This document shows, in pieces, positions 59,084 through 64,000 of a stretch of DNA of 64,000 nt. The notes beneath the pieces are model-generated. The model ran no database searches and was not told the DNA's origin. It saw only the letters and a list, made by a program, of their open reading frames with translations. How positions within the stretch are numbered: the first letter of the stretch is position 1; each line of letters opens with the position of its first letter. Source of the DNA: an uncultured Verrucomicrobiae bacterium (lineage in GTDB: Bacteria; Verrucomicrobiota; Verrucomicrobiia; Chthoniobacterales; UBA10450); NCBI GenBank assembly GCA_963834385.1, contig CAWIBO010000005.1, positions 416,001 through 480,000 on the forward strand, in the 5' to 3' direction. The position numbers and the translations under genes were made by a program.

Positions 59084-62000
59084 ATGGCTTCCCTGAGCAA
59101 AGACGATCAACTGCGGCTTCTGACCATCATGCTGGAGAGCCGGCATGGCGACCTTCGCGAGCAGAACCTGAACCGGCAGGGCAAAGGGCATTTTCATGTT
59201 TCCGGAATGGGGCACGAGGCGCTTGCGGCCATTTCCTACGCCATGGAGGAGGGGGACTATATCTGCCCCTATTATCGCGACCGTGGGCTGGTCCTGGGGC
59301 GCGGGGTTTCCTCGGCCGATCTCGCCCTCGATTATTTCGCGAAGAAACAGGGGCAAAGCCACGGCCGGCAGATGCCGTCCCATTTCAGCTATGCCTCGCA
59401 CCACATCTGGAGTGTCCCGACGCCGACCGGCGCCCAGCTTTTGCCCGCCTGCGGCATTGCCTGGGGCATTCGGCTCGACGGGAAAAAGAACATCGTCGTA
59501 ACGACGATCGGCGATGCCGCCACCCGCCAGGGCGACTTTTACGAGGCGGTTTGTTTTGCCAAGGAGCGAAAGCTTCCGGTTTTGTTCGTCGTGGAAGACA
59601 ACGGCTACGGCATCAGCAGTCCCACGCGCAAGATCAACCCGCGCGCGCTCGACGTATTGCAGCCGAACGACTGGCGGGAAGTGGACGGGACCGATGTGAA
59701 GGCCGTTTATGAGGCCGGCCAGGAAGCGATGGCGCACATGCGCGCCGGGAAGGGTCCGGTCTTCTTCTGGGTGATGATGGAACGGCTTTCCAGCCATACC
59801 AGTTCCGACGACCAGAAACTTTACCGTTCGGCCGAGGAGCTGGAGACACTCGAGGAACGGGATCCCTTGCGGAAATGGAAGGAACGGCTCATCGCCGACG
59901 GCATCCTCACGGAGGAAGCCTACGCCAGGCTTGACCAGGAAGTGAAGGAACGCATTCGCTCCGAGTTCAGCAGCGCCGAGAAGGCGGAGGACCCCTCAGC
60001 GGATGACCTGGAGCTCGAGGTGCGCGGCGAGTTCGCGGGCAAGGGCGATGAAGTGCTGCCGGCCGGCAAGTATCGGATCGGCGACACCATCAACAAAACG
60101 CTGCATGCCGGGTTGAAGGCCGACTCGGACCGGATCGTCTTCGGCGAAGACATCGAGGACCCGAAAGGCGGCGTCTTCCGCCTGACCCAACGTCTTTCCA
60201 CCGACTTCCCTGAGCAGGTTTTCAATTCTCCGTTGGCGGAGTCAACCATTGTCGGCGTGGCCTGCGGCCTCGCTTCCTATGGAAAACGGCCGGTGTTCGA
60301 GCTGCAATTTATTGATTTCATTGGACCGGCCTGGAATCAGGTGGTGACCAATCTTTCGACCCTGCGCTGGCGTTCCTTTGGCACCTGGAAATGTCCGCTC
60401 GTCATCTATGCGCCCTATGGGGCCTATCTGCCGGGCGGCAGCCTCTGGCACAGCCAGGCCAACGAGGCGCCCCTGGCGCATTTCCCCGGCATCAACGTCG
60501 CCATTCCCAGCACCCCGGCCGACGCCGCCGGCCTGCTCTGGAGCGCGATGCACGCCGAGGACCCAACCTTTATCCTGATCCCCAAGCATCTCCTCTGGGC
60601 CGAACACGAATACGCCGAGCCCATCGAGGCCGTGCCCCTCGGCCAGGCCCGCCACGTCCGGAACGGCCGCGAGGTCACCCTCGTCGGTTGGGGCAACACC
60701 ATCGAGAAAGCGCTCGAGGCGCTGGAAGAAATCGGCGACGACATCAGCATCGATCTGATTGATCTGCGCTCCGTCGCCCCATGGGACCGCGCCGCCGTGG
60801 AACGCTCCGTGCGCAAGACCGGTCGTCTCGTGGTCGTCCAGGAAGACACCGAGAATTGCAGCGTTGGGCAAATGGTCATCTCCCACATCGCCTCGCAGTC
60901 CGAGCTTTGGGAAAGCATGATCAGCCCGCCCGTCTTGGTCAGCAAAGGGAACGTCATGATCGGCTACAACCCGATCTATGAGTATGCCGCGCTGCCGGAC
61001 GTGAAACGGATCGTCGCCGCCGTCCGTCAAAGCATGGAACGGAAGGCGACGCGCCCGGGCGGCACCTCGGCGCCGCCGGCGAAAGAGCCTTCGCGCGAAA
61101 ACACGGCCGGGTCATCGGCCCCGACCAGGGAAGCGACGCCCCCGGCCGCGCCCCCGCAGGAATCCAAACAGCGCGCCCAGACCGTGACGGTGCCGATCAT
61201 GGGAGAAGGCATCCGCAACGCCAAGGTCGTCTCCCTCCTGAAGAAGCCGGGTGATGCGATTGAGCTGGATGATCCGCTCTGCGAACTCGAGACCGACAAG
61301 GCGGTCTATCCGGTTGAATCCTCTTTCGCGGGCGTCATGGGCGATTGGAAAGTAGCCTCGGGCGACACGGTGGAGATCGGCCAGGATCTGGGCACGATCC
61401 TGACGGGGGAATCCGGGTTTGCTGACCAGATGCAGGATGCGGCCGCGGCCTCCCCGGGTCCGAAGGAAAACGGCGCTTCGCAGCAGAGTTCGAGTCGGAT
61501 CCGGCAGCGCGCGAAGTCGGACGGGGTTGAGCCCGCCCTGTCCGCCACGATCACGCGACGACTTTACAGCGTCATTCCGGCGAATCTTCAGATCGACGCG
61601 GAATGGGACGCGATCCGGAAAGCGCGCGAAGCGGCCAAGAAAGACCAGGGTGGAAAAGCCCCCTCCCCGTCGGTCATGGTGGCCTGGGCGGTGACGCGGG
61701 CGATGGAAAAACATGCGCCTTTCCGCCGGCAAATGACGGAGGAGGACCGCATCATTGAAAAGGAGAATTTCGATCTTGGCATTGCGGTGGCGATGGATGA
61801 TGACCGCCTCGCCACGGCCGTGATCGCGGATGCCAACAAAAAGTCGTGGGAGGAGTTCGTGCGCAGCTTCCATGAAACGGTCGAGGAAACACGGCAGGGC
61901 CGGGTGGATGCCATGAACGCGCCGGTGGTCATCAGCAGCCTTGGCGCCTTTGGCGTTCGCGCCGGCGCACCCATCGTGGTGCCGCCTTCGGTCGGGACGC

Positions 62001-62206
62001 TTTTTGTCGGCTCAGCCCATGCCGCCATGGTGGGCGACGGTCGCAAGGCGAGAAACGCGGAGGTCATCACCCTCTCCCTGACCTTTGATCACCGGATTGT
62101 GAATGGCGCGGGCGCGGCCAGTTTCGTCCATGAGATCAAGGAGCTGATCGAAAATTTCCAGCTTCCGGGCGCGAAGAAAAAAGCCGCCGCCAAAAGCAAG
62201 GGCTAG
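59084..62206 (+). CDS. Fused 2-oxoacid dehydrogenase E1alpha-E1beta-lipoyl-E2 acyltransferase
   Basis: GDAAT...EDNGYGIS (TPP binding), SHTSSDD, GEDI..GGVF, NSPLAES, ELQFIDF, ELETDKA (lipoyl Lys), LTFDHRIVNG, all in one frame. Confidence 0.9.
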   Translation: MASLSKDDQLRLLTIMLESRHGDLREQNLNRQGKGHFHVSGMGHEALAAISYAMEEGDYICPYYRDRGLVLGRGVSSADLALDYFAKKQGQSHGRQMPSHFSYASHHIWSVPTPTGAQLLPACGIAWGIRLDGKKNIVVTTIGDAATRQGDFYEAVCFAKERKLPVLFVVEDNGYGISSPTRKINPRALDVLQPNDWREVDGTDVKAVYEAGQEAMAHMRAGKGPVFFWVMMERLSSHTSSDDQKLYRSAEELETLEERDPLRKWKERLIADGILTEEAYARLDQEVKERIRSEFSSAEKAEDPSADDLELEVRGEFAGKGDEVLPAGKYRIGDTINKTLHAGLKADSDRIVFGEDIEDPKGGVFRLTQRLSTDFPEQVFNSPLAESTIVGVACGLASYGKRPVFELQFIDFIGPAWNQVVTNLSTLRWRSFGTWKCPLVIYAPYGAYLPGGSLWHSQANEAPLAHFPGINVAIPSTPADAAGLLWSAMHAEDPTFILIPKHLLWAEHEYAEPIEAVPLGQARHVRNGREVTLVGWGNTIEKALEALEEIGDDISIDLIDLRSVAPWDRAAVERSVRKTGRLVVVQEDTENCSVGQMVISHIASQSELWESMISPPVLVSKGNVMIGYNPIYEYAALPDVKRIVAAVRQSMERKATRPGGTSAPPAKEPSRENTAGSSAPTREATPPAAPPQESKQRAQTVTVPIMGEGIRNAKVVSLLKKPGDAIELDDPLCELETDKAVYPVESSFAGVMGDWKVASGDTVEIGQDLGTILTGESGFADQMQDAAAASPGPKENGASQQSSSRIRQRAKSDGVEPALSATITRRLYSVIPANLQIDAEWDAIRKAREAAKKDQGGKAPSPSVMVAWAVTRAMEKHAPFRRQMTEEDRIIEKENFDLGIAVAMDDDRLATAVIADANKKSWEEFVRSFHETVEETRQGRVDAMNAPVVISSLGAFGVRAGAPIVVPPSVGTLFVGSAHAAMVGDGRKARNAEVITLSLTFDHRIVNGAGAASFVHEIKELIENFQLPGAKKKAAAKSKG

Positions 62207-63462
62207 CCGCCCGGTGCAGCAGGCTTGTCGCCCGGCGGCGGCGTTGGCGTCTGTTCCACGGGAAATTTGATCGCTTCCGCCAGGGCCGGATTGTTCCCGG
62301 CTACTTTCCGGAAGAAGAGATCATTCGCGCCGGCTCGGAACAGGCGGACCTGGTCACGGCTGCGCGCCTCCTCGATCAGCCGGATGGCTTCATTAATCTT
62401 GTTCTCCCGCAGACGCAGCGCGGCCTCGGTCAGCAGCCAGTCGATGCTGAGCGTTCCCTTCGCCTTTTCCTCCCCGAGAGCCGCCTCGAGCACGCCGGTT
62501 TCCCCCGCTTCGAGGCGGGCCAGGCGAATCTTGTACTGGCAGACCATCAGGTCCTGCTCGCTCGTGGCGCGGGCCGCGGCCTGCCGATACCAGGGGATGG
62601 CGTCGGAGGGTTTCTCCTCCATCCTGAGCGCTTCCCCGGCAAAGTAATGATATTCCGCCGTGAGCGGTTCGGTCTCGGCGGCGGCGGCGAAAAAGCGGTG
62701 CGCCGTGGGGAAATCGTTCCGGCGCAGGGCGATCAGGCCGCGGGAGAACTGCGCCTGGTGAACGTCTTCGCCGAAGGCAATGGCCCGCTCAAAGGCGGCG
62801 TCCGCGCCCACCAGTTCGCCGAGGTTGAAACTGATCCGGCCCACCCGGTAAAGAACGCCCCGGAGAAAAAGGTTTTTCTTCTTGGCCGCGATGAAAAGAT
62901 CGACCGCCTCGGACCAGCGCCGCTCGCGTTCCGCCGCAAACGCCTCCTCGATGAGCTGGTCCGGCCCTTTATCCGGAAACTTGTCGGCCACCGCCAGGTC
63001 GGGCTGCTGATACTTCTTCACAAATTGGTAGCGCCAGTAGTCGAAACGCTTGCCGACGTAGAAAACGGCCGCGAGCAGAACAAGGCCGCCGATCAGGAAA
63101 GCCACCGTCACGAACGCGGAACGGCTCGCCGTTTCCTTGTCGGGGCCGACTGCGCGCGGCTCCGCGCCCGCTGCGGGGCGCCCTTGGGAAGTGACGGCGG
63201 GCTTCTCGCCCTCCGCCGGCTCGGTGCGCCGTTCGGACATCACGCGTGGGCGCGGCGTGATCTTGGCGTGGGTCGGTTCCGGATGCGACGGCGGGGCCGG
63301 ATCCGCCCCGGGTTTTCCGGGCGCCTCCGCGGCGTCGCCGGGCGTCTCCGAAGGCTCCCGATGTTTCGGGGTCTGGAGAAACCGCCGCTGCTCCGGGGTG
63401 AGCGCGCTGCGGCGAAGGGGTTGTTCCTGCCCGGATGGGTCTTCGTGCTTGTCGTCCGCCAT
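62203..63462 (-). CDS. Membrane-anchored TPR repeat protein
   Basis: Disordered N-terminus, one TM helix, several TPR-like helical pairs. Confidence 0.75.
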   Translation of the reverse strand: MADDKHEDPSGQEQPLRRSALTPEQRRFLQTPKHREPSETPGDAAEAPGKPGADPAPPSHPEPTHAKITPRPRVMSERRTEPAEGEKPAVTSQGRPAAGAEPRAVGPDKETASRSAFVTVAFLIGGLVLLAAVFYVGKRFDYWRYQFVKKYQQPDLAVADKFPDKGPDQLIEEAFAAERERRWSEAVDLFIAAKKKNLFLRGVLYRVGRISFNLGELVGADAAFERAIAFGEDVHQAQFSRGLIALRRNDFPTAHRFFAAAAETEPLTAEYHYFAGEALRMEEKPSDAIPWYRQAAARATSEQDLMVCQYKIRLARLEAGETGVLEAALGEEKAKGTLSIDWLLTEAALRLRENKINEAIRLIEEARSRDQVRLFRAGANDLFFRKVAGNNPALAEAIKFPVEQTPTPPPGDKPAAPGG

Positions 63463-63465
63463 GAG

Positions 63466-64000
63466 CTAATCCTGCCAGTTCGGGGGCCGCTTTTCGAGAA
63501 AAGCCGAGACTCCCTCGCTCGCCTCCGGCGATTCGCGCGCGGTCATGTGGTGTCGGAGGGCCGCCTCCACGTCCTCGCGCACCGTGCTTGACCAGAGTTC
63601 CTCGATGAGCCGTTTGCTGCTGGCCATGGCCATGGGCGCACCGAGCAGCGCCCGCTCGACAATCTCCTGCACCGCGGCTTCCAGCCTCTCCGCCTCCACC
63701 ACCCGGTTGACCAGGCCCATCGCGCGCGCGCGTTCCGCGTCGATCAGTTCAGCCTCAAGCAGCAGTTCGCGCAGGTCGCGTTCCCGCAACTGGCGCCGGA
63801 GAAAAGTCATGACCAGTCCGGCGACGAGCCCGCGCCGGACCTCCGGGTAACCAATCCGGGTGCCCGCCGCCGCCACCACGAAATCACAGGCAGACATCAG
63901 GCCGGCCCCGCCCGCGACAGCCGCGCCGTGCACGGCGGCGATCGTAACCAGCCTCGTCTCCGCCAGCGCCAGCAAAACAGCCGCCACCGCCTCGCCCGAA
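63466..64000 (-). CDS. Enoyl-CoA hydratase/isomerase (methylglutaconyl-CoA hydratase-like), 5' end outside window
   Basis: IAAVHGAAVAGGAGL..ACD, YPEVRRGL, GLVN, EGVSAFLEKRPP.W. Confidence 0.88.
   Translation of the reverse strand, partial: SGEAVAAVLLALAETRLVTIAAVHGAAVAGGAGLMSACDFVVAAAGTRIGYPEVRRGLVAGLVMTFLRRQLRERDLRELLLEAELIDAERARAMGLVNRVVEAERLEAAVQEIVERALLGAPMAMASSKRLIEELWSSTVREDVEAALRHHMTARESPEASEGVSAFLEKRPPNWQD

Overview
GC-rich bacterial chromosomal window. Gene content and secreted-protein architecture point to Verrucomicrobiota, probably Chthoniobacterales/Spartobacteria (inference). The assembly is error-prone: about ten genes carry single-base frameshifts, including glyQS and nadK. 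Housekeeping genes are surE, ku, glyQS, psd-pssA, accD-folC, bioA-tlyA-nadK, lysC, thrC and tRNA-Val(CAC). Accessory content includes a type II secretion/pseudopilin cluster, two class III nucleotide cyclases and several secreted multidomain proteins. The most interesting signals are: (1) a surface protein with 14 near-identical ~144-bp kelch units that vary mainly at two loop patches, mostly as NNT codons; (2) a CHASE2 cyclase with both purine-specifying residues replaced, divergent from a FecR-domain gene and an outer-membrane barrel gene; (3) mosaic intergenic elements built from REP-like palindromes and 7-mer/9-mer tandem repeats, all between convergent genes; (4) a 36-aa-repeat coiled-coil protein coupled to a GAF-GAF-PAS cyclase that carries a similar motif; (5) a single-chain E1alpha-E1beta-lipoyl-E2 2-oxoacid dehydrogenase. 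I saw no CRISPR array, integrase, transposase or reverse transcriptase. Family calls come from motif recognition only; no database search was run.
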